Source: a virus (taxonomy: Duplodnaviria > Caudoviricetes). Taken from it: DNA of 64,000 nt. A model generated the notes under the pieces. The model was not told the origin of the DNA and ran no database searches. It saw only the letters and a list, made by a program, of their open reading frames with translations. Below, piece after piece: positions 1-8,208 of the stretch. Both the position numbers and the translations under genes were made by a program. How positions within the stretch are numbered: the stretch's first letter is position 1; each line of letters opens with the position of its first letter. Location of the stretch: the IMG/VR virus record IMGVR_UViG_2910013374_000001, positions 42,485 to 106,484 of that record. The stretch is one strand, 5' to 3'.

Positions 1-94
1 TCACCTACATGAACTCCATGGCGCATCGCCGCTGGTGGTATGCCGCCTCGCCGCCTCCTGGGAAGAACTATCCGAACTATCCAGGAGACAACGG

Positions 95-316
95 ATGAGC
101 AACCGTGCCCTTTCGGTGATGCGCTGCTGCGCGTCTGCTTTGGCTTTGATTGCCTATGGGCTGCTCACCCACGGCATGACGACCGCCGGGATCTTCGTGG
201 CCTTGGCCGGCCAGTGCGCCTTTATCCCCTGGTCGATCCGTAACAAGGTCTGGGACATGGTCGCCCTCGACGCCTTCTACATCGCCATTGGTCTCACTCG
301 CCTGGTGACGCTGTGA
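95..316 (+). CDS. Small membrane protein
   Basis: Hydrophobic ORF (MSNRALS...), GTGA overlap with next gene. Confidence 0.6.
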   Translation: MSNRALSVMRCCASALALIAYGLLTHGMTTAGIFVALAGQCAFIPWSIRNKVWDMVALDAFYIAIGLTRLVTL

Positions 317-555
317 TCCGTCTTTACTTCTCCCACGCCACAAGACTGCGCAAGTTCTCCCTGTGGACCGCGATGATCGGTTTTGGCGGGTTCATCGTGG
401 GCGCTGTTGAGTTCGCTCTCTGGGTGCGAATCCTCACCGAGCTAACCCGCTTGCCGAGCTTCAAAGAAGAGGGCATGACCGACCAGGTCCGCCTCTGTTA
501 TGTGGTGCTGATCGGTTGCGTGATTGGTCTGATTCGGCTGCGCTTCTACCCCTGA
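313..555 (+). CDS. Small membrane protein
   Basis: Hydrophobic 80-aa ORF, translationally coupled. Confidence 0.6.
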   Translation: MIRLYFSHATRLRKFSLWTAMIGFGGFIVGAVEFALWVRILTELTRLPSFKEEGMTDQVRLCYVVLIGCVIGLIRLRFYP

Positions 556-557
556 GC

Positions 558-678
558 TGACGAGCTACTCGTCACTGCACAGCTAGTCGTCAGTGAAGAG
601 CTACTCGTCACTGGGTGACGACCTAGTCGTCATCTAGATGAAGAGCTACTCGTCATCAAGGTGAAGAGCTACTCGTCA
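558..678. repeat. Six palindromic 17-bp iterons (TGACGAG-CTA-CTCGTCA type), candidate replication origin
   Basis: Copies start at 558, 576, 594, 616, 639, 662 and are followed by an A-rich TAAGAAG repeat tract at ~680-725. Confidence 0.85.
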
Positions 679-1083
679 ACATATAAGAAGGTTTATAAGA
701 AGCTCTTTAAGAAGAAGAAGAAGAACCTCACTTCGTTCGGCAACCTCCTCCGCGTCTCCCTTCAAAGCGTGGACAAGCCACTCACTGATCACCAAGTCAA
801 GCTCCTCAAAATCATCGACCACGTCAGATGGGATGAGAACGATGAGCTGGACGCTTTCGGATACCACCAAGTGCGTCGGGCGATTGGCCAAGGCGACTTC
901 GTCATCGAGTTCGAGCTGAAGCAGGCCGTGGACCATCAGGAGTCGTTCTCAGGCCAAGGCTTTCCAACTCCACCGCCGGGTGAGGCTCGCTCTCCATGGA
1001 TCGACACCTGGAATGTGCCCCTGGATCAGTACCGGCGGATCAGCACTGCCATCGACCTGTCTGGCTTCGAACCGGGCTCGTAG
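661..1083 (+). CDS. Hypothetical protein (start uncertain; 5' end overlaps iterons/A-rich tract)
   Basis: 140-aa ORF; 3' two-thirds has phage-like codon usage. Confidence 0.45.
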   Translation: MKSYSSTYKKVYKKLFKKKKKNLTSFGNLLRVSLQSVDKPLTDHQVKLLKIIDHVRWDENDELDAFGYHQVRRAIGQGDFVIEFELKQAVDHQESFSGQGFPTPPPGEARSPWIDTWNVPLDQYRRISTAIDLSGFEPGS

Positions 1084-1109
1084 CTTGTCCTGTTCCGTAC
1101 AGCTTGAAC

Positions 1110-1310
1110 ATGTTTACGGCAAGACCCCGTCCGGTTGATCGCCTCACGGTGACCGACACCGCCTTCGTCCTCAATCTCGGCTTCTTCGCTCTGGTTGGCT
1201 TCAACACGATCCACCACACCGATGGGCACATCACCTGGGGCGCAACCTGGGCCATGCTTGATCTCGGCTTCGTGCGCACCGCTGGATTCATCGGGGGGAC
1301 AGGCCAGTGA
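1110..1310 (+). CDS. Hypothetical protein
   Basis: ATG at 1110, GTGA overlap with next ORF. Confidence 0.5.
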   Translation: MFTARPRPVDRLTVTDTAFVLNLGFFALVGFNTIHHTDGHITWGATWAMLDLGFVRTAGFIGGTGQ

Positions 1311-1546
1311 TCACCCGCTTCTATCTCGCCCTTGCGGCGAGCATGGCCGGCATTGGCTTGTGCTTCTACCTCGCGCCAGCTCAGCAGTGGCCCGTCACCC
1401 GCAGCGGCCTCGATTGCTCGGAGATCGGCGAGGTTCTGTCCGAGGTTCCGCCTGAACTTCGTATGCCGCTCGCTGACATCGAGGCGATCATCGAGCGCTG
1501 CAGGAATTCTGAGATGTCTCAGGCAATGCTCACTCGAACAGCTTGA
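1307..1546 (+). CDS. Hypothetical protein with N-terminal TM/signal segment
   Basis: Hydrophobic N-terminus, coupled start. Confidence 0.55.
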   Translation: MITRFYLALAASMAGIGLCFYLAPAQQWPVTRSGLDCSEIGEVLSEVPPELRMPLADIEAIIERCRNSEMSQAMLTRTA

Positions 1547-1571
1547 CATCAAGTCTTCGCTGAGCGACTCT
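1516..1571 (+). promoter_or_regulatory. Sigma70-type early promoter 1
   Basis: GTCTCAG(1516), TTGACA(1543)-17 nt-GACTCT; same layout as three other promoters. Confidence 0.6.
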
Positions 1572-1629
1572 TAAGGAGTCGAGCCCGAACCGGCTTTTTT
1601 TAAGCCTCCACCTTGTTCTAGTTCTTACC

Positions 1630-1758
1630 ATGACCGCTACTTCACGCGAACTGCGCATCATCGAACTCACGAAGGAAGCTCAGATGCACAGCGATATGGG
1701 CAACAAATTCGGCATGTACGCGTGCCTCCGCGAGATCACATCTCTGCGCCAGCCATGA
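1630..1758 (+). CDS. Small hypothetical protein (42 aa, not in ORF track)
   Basis: MTATSRELRIIEL...; ATGA overlap with next ORF. Confidence 0.55.
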   Translation: MTATSRELRIIELTKEAQMHSDMGNKFGMYACLREITSLRQP

Positions 1759-1898
1759 CCTACTCCGTCACCTTCATGACCAAGCAGGGAGCCAGTCGCA
1801 CCGAACACGTCAAGGCCGACTCGCTCTTCCTCGCCGTCCAGACCTGTCAGCACACCGACCAGGTCGCAAAAGTCCTCCGCATCGTTGAAGTCCAATGA
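1755..1898 (+). CDS. Small hypothetical protein (47 aa, not in ORF track)
   Basis: MTYSVTFMTKQG...; ATGA overlaps at both ends. Confidence 0.6.
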   Translation: MTYSVTFMTKQGASRTEHVKADSLFLAVQTCQHTDQVAKVLRIVEVQ

Positions 1899-2167
1899 TC
1901 GATCTCACCCAACACTCCGACGTCCACGTCCTGTTCCTCGAGACCACCGAGGCAGACCTCAAGGCCAAAGACAAGAGCCTCCCGAGTGACACCCATTTGG
2001 TGCGCTACATCAAAGAGGGCATCGAGCAGATCAGCGCCCTGCGGGCCTACAAGAGCGTCGACATCTTCGACGCCCTGCACGACAACGGCTGCGAAGTGCT
2101 CGAGATTCGCCGCGGGTTCGGGACCATCAGGCCGAATCTGTACGGCTTCGTGAAGACGGAGGGCTGA
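1895..2167 (+). CDS. Hypothetical phage protein
   Basis: 90-aa ORF, coupled start, biased codon usage. Confidence 0.7.
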   Translation: MIDLTQHSDVHVLFLETTEADLKAKDKSLPSDTHLVRYIKEGIEQISALRAYKSVDIFDALHDNGCEVLEIRRGFGTIRPNLYGFVKTEG

Positions 2168-2170
2168 TCT

Positions 2171-2437
2171 ATGGCTCAGTCATCAGCCGAGAAGCGCGAC
2201 CGCTTCGCCCGGATGTTCCCGCCACGTGCCCAGAAGCTTGTCGATCAGTTCCGCCTTCTGGAGAACTGCACGAGCAAGTCCAACTACGAGTGGACCGAGG
2301 ACACGGTGAAGCGGGCCTGGATTGAGATCGCTAAGGCGTTGCAGACCACTGCCAAGGCCTACGACCTGGAACTGGACGTCAGCCTCAATGGCGACGAGGT
2401 CCAATTCATCGACACCAGCAAACCCCTGCCCGAGTAA
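2171..2437 (+). CDS. Hypothetical phage protein
   Basis: 88-aa ORF (EKRDRFARMFPPR...SNYEW). Confidence 0.7.
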   Translation: MAQSSAEKRDRFARMFPPRAQKLVDQFRLLENCTSKSNYEWTEDTVKRAWIEIAKALQTTAKAYDLELDVSLNGDEVQFIDTSKPLPE

Positions 2438-2440
2438 GCC

Positions 2441-2620
2441 ATGACCGAATTCACCACTGATCCCTACGGACCCGAGAACGTCGCCACCCTCCTCGCTGCC
2501 ATGAAGCGTGTCCGGGAGCTCCGCAAGGCTGGGAGAGACCCAGAAGCCGGTGAGGTCGTCAAGCAGCACTGGCCGCACCTGTACTCCCACTTCTTCGAAG
2601 GGGAAGCACGCAGGGCTTGA
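2441..2620 (+). CDS. Small hypothetical protein (59 aa, not in ORF track)
   Basis: MTEFTTDPYGPENV...; directly follows previous gene and precedes a terminator. Confidence 0.6.
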   Translation: MTEFTTDPYGPENVATLLAAMKRVRELRKAGRDPEAGEVVKQHWPHLYSHFFEGEARRA

Positions 2621-2640
2621 GTTTGCCCTTACTCAGGAAA

Positions 2641-2696
2641 TTCTCAGGGGCCTCGGCCCCTTTTTTGTTGACACCACGTCCCCCAGGATCCATGCT
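2641..2696 (+). promoter_or_regulatory. Sigma70-type early promoter 2
   Basis: TTCTCAG(2641), TTGACA(2668)-17 nt-CATGCT. Confidence 0.75.
2646..2666 (+). terminator. Intrinsic terminator
   Basis: AGGGGCC-TC-GGCCCCT followed by T tract. Confidence 0.75.
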
Positions 2697-2719
2697 TAAC
2701 GAGTCACCGAGAGAACGAC

Positions 2720-2989
2720 ATGCAACGCCAACTCCGCACCCCTGAAGAAGTCGCCGCTTTCAAGGCCGCCAACCTCGCAGCAAACGCCCGCAACAAGCAG
2801 GTGGTCGTGATCAAGGCCGAGAGGCCAGCACCTCGCCCGACCCAGCGCCAGCAGTTCGCAGCTGACCTGCGCGAGACCGAGGACATGATCCGCGCCGCTA
2901 AGCGCCAAGGCCTTCTGCAGGCCATCCCCGCCCTGATCGGCCGCCACAACACACTGACCGCCTTGGTCAATAACGCCGCGCTGACCTGA
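2720..2989 (+). CDS. Hypothetical early protein
   Basis: First ORF downstream of promoter 2. Confidence 0.7.
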   Translation: MQRQLRTPEEVAAFKAANLAANARNKQVVVIKAERPAPRPTQRQQFAADLRETEDMIRAAKRQGLLQAIPALIGRHNTLTALVNNAALT

Positions 2990-2990
2990 G

Positions 2991-3392
2991 ATGTCACGCG
3001 GAGGACGCGTAGCTGGGGGCGCTTTCCCCGGCCCCTCGATCGGGTGCTTGCCAGCACTCCTGCCATTCATCGGGATGGCACTGGTCCTTGCAGCGGCAAG
3101 GCCTCTGGCGCAACAGACGCCCGCTCCTGCGCCTGCAGCTCCGCTGGTTCAGGTCAACCTCGGGCCTGTGATCGAGAACGTGAACATCTACGTGAAAGAG
3201 GGAACGCCTCAGTGGGTGATCGAGGAAGAGCTGAGGAATCTGGGCCGAGCAAAGGCTCACTCGCCCGCCTCCCCCATGGCTGCCCGCACCCGCGCTGGTC
3301 GCACCACTCACCTCAAGACGCCGGCGATGTATTTCAGCGACTGCGAGGACGATCCAGTGCTGATGCCGCTCAAGGAGTGGAGGGAACGCTAG
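2991..3392 (+). CDS. Hypothetical protein, possible signal/TM segment (start uncertain)
   Basis: ORF with hydrophobic segment and Pro/Ala linker. Confidence 0.4.
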   Translation: MSRGGRVAGGAFPGPSIGCLPALLPFIGMALVLAAARPLAQQTPAPAPAAPLVQVNLGPVIENVNIYVKEGTPQWVIEEELRNLGRAKAHSPASPMAARTRAGRTTHLKTPAMYFSDCEDDPVLMPLKEWRER

Positions 3393-3721
3393 GGCGACTG
3401 GTAGCTGTGTCTTGTTCGAGTTCGTACTATGACCGTTTTCTCTCCCGGCCCGTTCAAGGGTCACCAGCGCAAGCATTCACCCCTCGTCGACGCCGCAACG
3501 CTCAAGGCCCGCCTCGACGAACAGGTTCGCCAATTCCGCCAGGGAGCCGAGCAGTGAGCCGCGCCTCTGATCGATTGGCGCTACTGGATCTCGCCATCGA
3601 GGCCGCAGACACTGACGAGCTGAAACACCAGCTGATCGGTGAACGGGCTGCGCTGGCTGAGGCCTATAGGACGCCCACTCAATGACACATGCGCGACCCG
3701 GTTTTCGAGCCGGGTTTCGTT

Positions 3722-3777
3722 TTCTCAGGCAACTCTCAGTTCCGAATGTTGACACCACGTCCATCTGGGGCCATAGT
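3722..3777 (+). promoter_or_regulatory. Sigma70-type early promoter 3
   Basis: TTCTCAG(3722), TTGACA(3749)-17 nt-CATAGT. Confidence 0.75.
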
Positions 3778-3826
3778 TGGCACAGATCGGTCGAGCAACT
3801 CTTCGGCTCCCGCTCTCACAGAACTG

Positions 3827-4171
3827 ATGAACACCACCACCACTCACCCCATCGATCACGCCATCGTCGCTTTCCTGTTCCTGCTTGAAGGCATCGCCTG
3901 GATCATCAACGAGGCCGCTGGCTTCCACGCCCCCTTAACCGCGGAAACTGCTGAGCCCGAGCTCATCGATCCCCGCGACGTCTACGCCATCGAGGCACCC
4001 GTCCACGAGCCCACCATCACTGAGATGCCTGACTTCGCCGAGTACGTCGAGTTCATGGCTCCCTTCGACCTCGCCAAGCTCAAGGTCACCGAACTCCGCA
4101 AGCGGGCCCGAGGCCTCGCCAAGGGCGTCCACCTGATGCGCAAAGAGGAACTCCTGCAGGTGCTCGCATGA
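3827..4171 (+). CDS. Early protein with C-terminal Rho-N/HeH-like nucleic-acid-binding motif
   Basis: C-terminus LAKLKVTELRKRARG...MRKEELLQVL matches the Rho_N pattern; ATG 3827 follows promoter 3. Confidence 0.65.
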   Translation: MNTTTTHPIDHAIVAFLFLLEGIAWIINEAAGFHAPLTAETAEPELIDPRDVYAIEAPVHEPTITEMPDFAEYVEFMAPFDLAKLKVTELRKRARGLAKGVHLMRKEELLQVLA

Positions 4172-4296
4172 CCTACTCCTGCATCTTCAGGAACGGAGAC
4201 GCCCGCAAGGGCCTCCTGTTCGACCAGGCCTGGGCTCTGTTCATGGCCTACCGCTTCACCACCAATCCCTGCACCCTCTCCGTGGAGATGAACTGA
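4168..4296 (+). CDS. Small hypothetical protein (42 aa, not in ORF track)
   Basis: ATGA coupling. Confidence 0.45.
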   Translation: MTYSCIFRNGDARKGLLFDQAWALFMAYRFTTNPCTLSVEMN

Positions 4297-4398
4297 TGGA
4301 ACTGATCCTTGTCCCTGTCATTCTTCTTGCCTTGCCCTGCCTGATCATCGAGGGCTTCGGCAACTGAGCGGAATCCTGGGGGAGCCGCCTCCCCCTCC

Positions 4399-4644
4399 TT
4401 GACCACTAGAGAACTCGCCCTGGGCGTCGTGATCGCTGGCCTCTTCATCGGGGTCAGCGGTTCGTATTACAGGGCCGCTGCCTGCGGGACCGAGAAGATC
4501 TGCGACGAGTACTGGAACGCAGCTGGACTGGCCACCAGCGGAGCCGTGGGCATGGGCTGGGCCTGGCTGACCAAGGCACCGGGCGACGACACGCCCACCA
4601 AACCGACACCGCGCCGGACCACCCGAGTGAAGAACCCGGACTGA
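4399..4644 (+). CDS. Small two-TM membrane protein (late)
   Basis: Two hydrophobic segments; CGGAATCCT motif 30 nt upstream. Confidence 0.6.
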   Translation: MTTRELALGVVIAGLFIGVSGSYYRAAACGTEKICDEYWNAAGLATSGAVGMGWAWLTKAPGDDTPTKPTPRRTTRVKNPD

Positions 4645-4738
4645 CATCACGTCCGCCGTGTGCGATCTACAGGAGGGCCAGGAAGGCCCCTCCGCCCTGT
4701 TCTGGGTCAGATCCTGCAGTCTCCTGATTAGGCGTCCC

Positions 4739-5047
4739 TCAGGGAGCCTCTTCGTCGAAGGCGCGATGTCTCGCTCTTAGCTCGCCGCCTAGAGGCGTTT
4801 CGCCTTCTGGTGTCTCGCTACGGGTCCAAGGGTCGTCATCAACCCACTTGGCCTTGATCGCTTCGATCTGTTCGTCGAGACCGGCCATTGTCTTGGCCGT
4901 TTTGTACTCCACCCAAGACGAGAACCAGTTGTCGTGGATCATCTGGGCGATTCGGTGGGTCCTAGAGAGAAGGCCCCGGTCCCAGAGCCGACGAATCAGC
5001 TCAACGACCAGGGCCTGGAGGACCACCGTGGTGGTCAAGGATTTCAC
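4739..5047 (-). CDS. Hypothetical late protein, possibly lysis-associated
   Basis: GTGA-coupled to the upstream holin-like ORF. Confidence 0.55.
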   Translation of the reverse strand: MKSLTTTVVLQALVVELIRRLWDRGLLSRTHRIAQMIHDNWFSSWVEYKTAKTMAGLDEQIEAIKAKWVDDDPWTRSETPEGETPLGGELRARHRAFDEEAP

Positions 5048-5184
5048 TTCTTCGGCGCGTAAGGGAAGACACCGCGCAGGACTTCGATGATTTCTTGCAC
5101 CACACCGTTGCCCTTCAGCGGGGTGTAGGGAAGAACCTCAGAAACAACAAGCAGAACGAGAGCTGCGACCGTGACGAATTCCAT
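5044..5184 (-). CDS. Holin-like small membrane protein (46 aa, not in ORF track)
   Basis: MEFVTVAALVLLVVSEVLPYTPLKGNGVVQEII...; CGGAACCCT on minus strand at 5208-5216. Confidence 0.55.
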   Translation of the reverse strand: MEFVTVAALVLLVVSEVLPYTPLKGNGVVQEIIEVLRGVFPYAPKK

Positions 5185-5243
5185 GGATGAGTGATGTGAA
5201 CTGCCGCAGGGTTCCGGAAGGCTCAGCCGTTCGCACTTGGTTC

Positions 5244-5426
5244 ATGTCTCTGCTTGAAGCGCATCAGATCCTGTTCAAAGGCCAGTCGAATGTGCGCCTG
5301 ATGGCGACAGAAGTCGGATGCACGCTTGAAGAGCTGCAGCAGTCGTTCCGCGCTTACGTGGCCATGAATCCGATCTCCGATGACGCATGGGAGAAAGATG
5401 TCGAGCTGTCCTGGCCCTGGGCTTGA
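5244..5426 (+). CDS. Small hypothetical protein
   Basis: ATG 29 nt after CGGAAGGCT (5215). Confidence 0.5.
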   Translation: MSLLEAHQILFKGQSNVRLMATEVGCTLEELQQSFRAYVAMNPISDDAWEKDVELSWPWA

Positions 5427-5482
5427 TTCTCAGCCGATTCTAAGTCGCACTGATTGACACCACGGCCAGCCAGGACCATGAT
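5427..5482 (+). promoter_or_regulatory. Sigma70-type early promoter 4
   Basis: TTCTCAG(5427), TTGACA(5454)-17 nt-CATGAT. Confidence 0.75.
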
Positions 5483-5508
5483 GGAGGCATCGAGATCGCA
5501 GCAACCCG

Positions 5509-5853
5509 ATGACCACCACCACCCACAAGCTCACCAACGGCGAGGGCAACTGGCTCTTCCGCATCTCCGGCGACGTCGCCACCGTGATCCAGGTCTTGCC
5601 CTGGGGCGTCACCAAGATCGAAGACAAGATCAGCACTGCCGCTCAGGCCCGCAAGTTCTGGGCTACCGCTAAGAAGTACGGCTGCACCGAGGGTTGGACC
5701 GAACTGATGAAGTTCCGCAAGCTCACCACCTGGGAGCAGGTCGACACCTACATCGCAGCCAACTACAACATGGCCGCCGACAACGATCCCGAGGCAGCCC
5801 TGGCACTCGAGGACGAGTTCCGTGGCTGCGGTTGTTTGAACGTGGCCGCATGA
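5509..5853 (+). CDS. Hypothetical early protein
   Basis: 114 aa, first ORF after promoter 4. Confidence 0.7.
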   Translation: MTTTTHKLTNGEGNWLFRISGDVATVIQVLPWGVTKIEDKISTAAQARKFWATAKKYGCTEGWTELMKFRKLTTWEQVDTYIAANYNMAADNDPEAALALEDEFRGCGCLNVAA

Positions 5854-6005
5854 AATACATCTGGACTGGCCTGGGCATCGCGATCGGCGTTGCCCTTTGG
5901 CCAATCGTTCTACCTGTCTTCATTCTCACCCTGATCTTTGTTTGTATTTCTGACGCCCAGAAAAAGCCCAAGCCACCCACCAAGCCAACCCGTAAAGATC
6001 CATGA
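5850..6005 (+). CDS. Small membrane protein
   Basis: MKYIWTGLGIAIGVALW...; ATGA coupling. Confidence 0.55.
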   Translation: MKYIWTGLGIAIGVALWPIVLPVFILTLIFVCISDAQKKPKPPTKPTRKDP

Positions 6006-6208
6006 CCCAACTCACTCCTCGCCCCACCTACACCGCCCCGGCTCGTCCAAAGCGTGTCTCTCTCAAGCCTTTCATCGTTCACTACACCACCCGAGCTGGC
6101 TTCCGCGCCTCGTGGACCCTTTCGGCTCCGACGCAATGCGCAGCGCGTTTTGCCTTCCAGGAGTTGCTTCCCACAGGCCGGATCAACCTGATCTCTCTCC
6201 AGATGTAA
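6002..6208 (+). CDS. Hypothetical protein
   Basis: ATGA coupling. Confidence 0.55.
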   Translation: MTQLTPRPTYTAPARPKRVSLKPFIVHYTTRAGFRASWTLSAPTQCAARFAFQELLPTGRINLISLQM

Positions 6209-6253
6209 TGGTTCGAATCACGACCGGTAGCCTGTGCCATTGACTGCACCTCG

Positions 6254-6463
6254 ATGGCCCTTCCCTCCTTAGATCCTGGCCATCTCCTCCTCTGTTGTCT
6301 GGCTGTCGCTGTGAAGAGACGCGATCCCGTCCTTGTCAGCCAGATTGCCGAGAAAGCCGACAAGACTCTCCCCCAGTCTCAGCTCAAGCGAGCGTTCGGA
6401 CGACTCAAGGGGTTTGGCATGTCAACCGACGACCTCCTCTGGCTGGCTTCCCTCGAGGAGTGA
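6254..6463 (+). CDS. Hypothetical protein
   Basis: 69-aa ORF. Confidence 0.5.
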   Translation: MALPSLDPGHLLLCCLAVAVKRRDPVLVSQIAEKADKTLPQSQLKRAFGRLKGFGMSTDDLLWLASLEE

Positions 6464-6470
6464 GCCCCAA

Positions 6471-6529
6471 CCTTTGGTTCCGCCTGCGTTTCGTATAGGG
6501 GCGCAGATCTTGTCTTTGAGAGGACCTCG
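6471..6529 (+). repeat. Dispersed 59-bp element, copy 1
   Basis: CCTTTGGTTC-N22-GCAGATCTTGTCTTTGAGAGGACCTCG. Confidence 0.9.
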
Positions 6530-6563
6530 GCCGGAAACCTTGAGGCAGCTCTCGTCGTCACCT

Positions 6564-7109
6564 ATGCCTGCCTCTCGCGTTGGCCCCCTCTTTGGGCCCC
6601 TCCCTGAACTCGATGAAAGCTGGATCCTGATGACAGCAGACGAGACCTTGGTTTTGTACACCGCCGAGGACGTCCGCGAGTTCATTCGCGAGATCCAAGA
6701 CCTGCGCGGCGCGTACGACCAGATCCACAAACTTTCGATGGCCATGAACGGCCTCGCTGCTTACAACCCGGTCGCCGTCAAGACCGTTCTCGTTGACGTG
6801 ATCCGGTATCTCGAGCTCGAAGACATCCTCAACGCCAAACAAGAGGAGAGCCCCACCAATGTCTCGCCCGACGGCTTGCCGATCATCAAGGCCGACGTGG
6901 TCGAGTACTCCGAGGAGCCTCTCAAGAACGGCACTAACTACATGGAGACCGTGCTGCAGCCAATGCGTGAGCGCATGGCACGCCTGAAAATGAGCATCTG
7001 CAGGGCTTTGGATCTGTGCAGTTATGACCTGAGCGAGGCCCCTTGCTGCGACGGTCCCACCGCCATGAAGAGCTATCGGCGCGGTGCCACTCACATGTAC
7101 CGGAGCTGA
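6564..7109 (+). CDS. Putative head-tail adaptor/neck protein
   Basis: ATG 32 nt after CGGAAACCT; first of a neck-like cluster; KADVVEY motif. Confidence 0.5.
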   Translation: MPASRVGPLFGPLPELDESWILMTADETLVLYTAEDVREFIREIQDLRGAYDQIHKLSMAMNGLAAYNPVAVKTVLVDVIRYLELEDILNAKQEESPTNVSPDGLPIIKADVVEYSEEPLKNGTNYMETVLQPMRERMARLKMSICRALDLCSYDLSEAPCCDGPTAMKSYRRGATHMYRS

Positions 7110-7112
7110 TTG

Positions 7113-7577
7113 ATGGCGACTCCGCTCGAGCAGTTCAGCAATGCCCGCCTTCTCGTCACGGCCCCCGGTGGCAGGGGTGGTCCGGAGACCGGTTTCCAGG
7201 AGCTTCCTGGCCAGGAGTACATCGTTCTGGCATTTCTGAAGCTGGTCAAACCGGATCGGAAGGACACCTTCAAGGGCATGGTCGACCTCAAGGTTTCGAC
7301 CGAGATCGCCGAGGGCTACATCACAGGCTTCTGCCCCATCCCAGACGGTGAGGACTGGAAGACCTACGCCTTCAGGTCCGATGCGAACTACGACTCAACC
7401 GGATTCCGCTTCCCAGGATTCATGGCCCCCAAAGGGGTCGAGGTTCTGATGTCCGGTCGCCACTTCACTGTCGCTGAACTGATCGAAACCGCAGGCGTGT
7501 TCCTCGATGAGGGCATCGGCCAGATCGTCCGCGACGTGATCGGGGATCGACTCATCGTCAAATTCGAGCGTTTCTGA
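7113..7577 (+). CDS. Putative head closure protein
   Basis: Position between adaptor-like and gp10-like genes; size ~155 aa. Confidence 0.45.
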   Translation: MATPLEQFSNARLLVTAPGGRGGPETGFQELPGQEYIVLAFLKLVKPDRKDTFKGMVDLKVSTEIAEGYITGFCPIPDGEDWKTYAFRSDANYDSTGFRFPGFMAPKGVEVLMSGRHFTVAELIETAGVFLDEGIGQIVRDVIGDRLIVKFERF

Positions 7578-8011
7578 TGGCCAACAACTTTCAATTTGAG
7601 ATCAACGTTGAACTCCCGAAAGGAGCAGAGAAGACCTTCGAGCGAGCAGCTGAGCAAGCGATGAAGCAGGTGTCTGCAGAGCTCGATGGACGCTTCACCG
7701 ATGCGATCAGCTCAGCTGTGTGGCCTTGGCCCTTCCCTGCGAGCAATGGCAAGGGCAGTCCCCGCTCCATCGTCGATACGGGGGCACTCAAGCAGTCAGG
7801 GGTCTTCAAGCTCTCGGGTCTGCAAGCCGAGTGGAAGTGGACCTCCAACTACGCAGCAGCAGTGCACGAAGGTGCTCGGCTTTGGAATGGCGCCAACATC
7901 CCAGCGAGGCCCTGGACCAATGCAGTCCTCGAAGGCGGAACCTCAGCAAGCATCCCGGTCTACGACTTCTCCACGGAACTCTCTAAGAGAATCACCAACA
8001 TTCTTTCCTGA
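7577..8011 (+). CDS. HK97 gp10-like neck/tail completion protein
   Basis: IVDTGALKQS...YAAAVHEG...PARPW motifs. Confidence 0.75.
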   Translation: MANNFQFEINVELPKGAEKTFERAAEQAMKQVSAELDGRFTDAISSAVWPWPFPASNGKGSPRSIVDTGALKQSGVFKLSGLQAEWKWTSNYAAAVHEGARLWNGANIPARPWTNAVLEGGTSASIPVYDFSTELSKRITNILS

Positions 8012-8088
8012 TGCCTCTTCCTCTGATCACTGCAAAGGGCTGCGGCAAAGGCGGCAAAAAAGGTGGCAAGAAAGGCGGCAAGAAATAG
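8011..8088 (+). CDS. 25-aa basic micropeptide MPLPLITAKGCGKGGKKGGKKGGKK (not in ORF track)
   Basis: TGATG coupling; synonymous variation among GGKK repeat codons. Confidence 0.6.
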   Translation: MPLPLITAKGCGKGGKKGGKKGGKK

Positions 8089-8102
8089 GCCCGGATTTCA
8101 AA

Positions 8103-8161
8103 CCTTTGGTTCCCCGTGTGTTTTGTATAGGCCCGCAGATCTTGTCTTTGAGAGGACCTCG
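8103..8161 (+). repeat. Dispersed 59-bp element, copy 2
   Basis: CCTTTGGTTC-N22-GCAGATCTTGTCTTTGAGAGGACCTCG. Confidence 0.9.
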
Positions 8162-8208
8162 ATCCGGTTCGGTTGATCCCGGAACACTCGGCCAGATTCC
8201 GAGACTTC

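Noticed and set aside
558-678. CRISPR array
   Set aside because: Repeats are 17 bp with only 1-6 nt gaps; no spacer-length sequences and no cas genes
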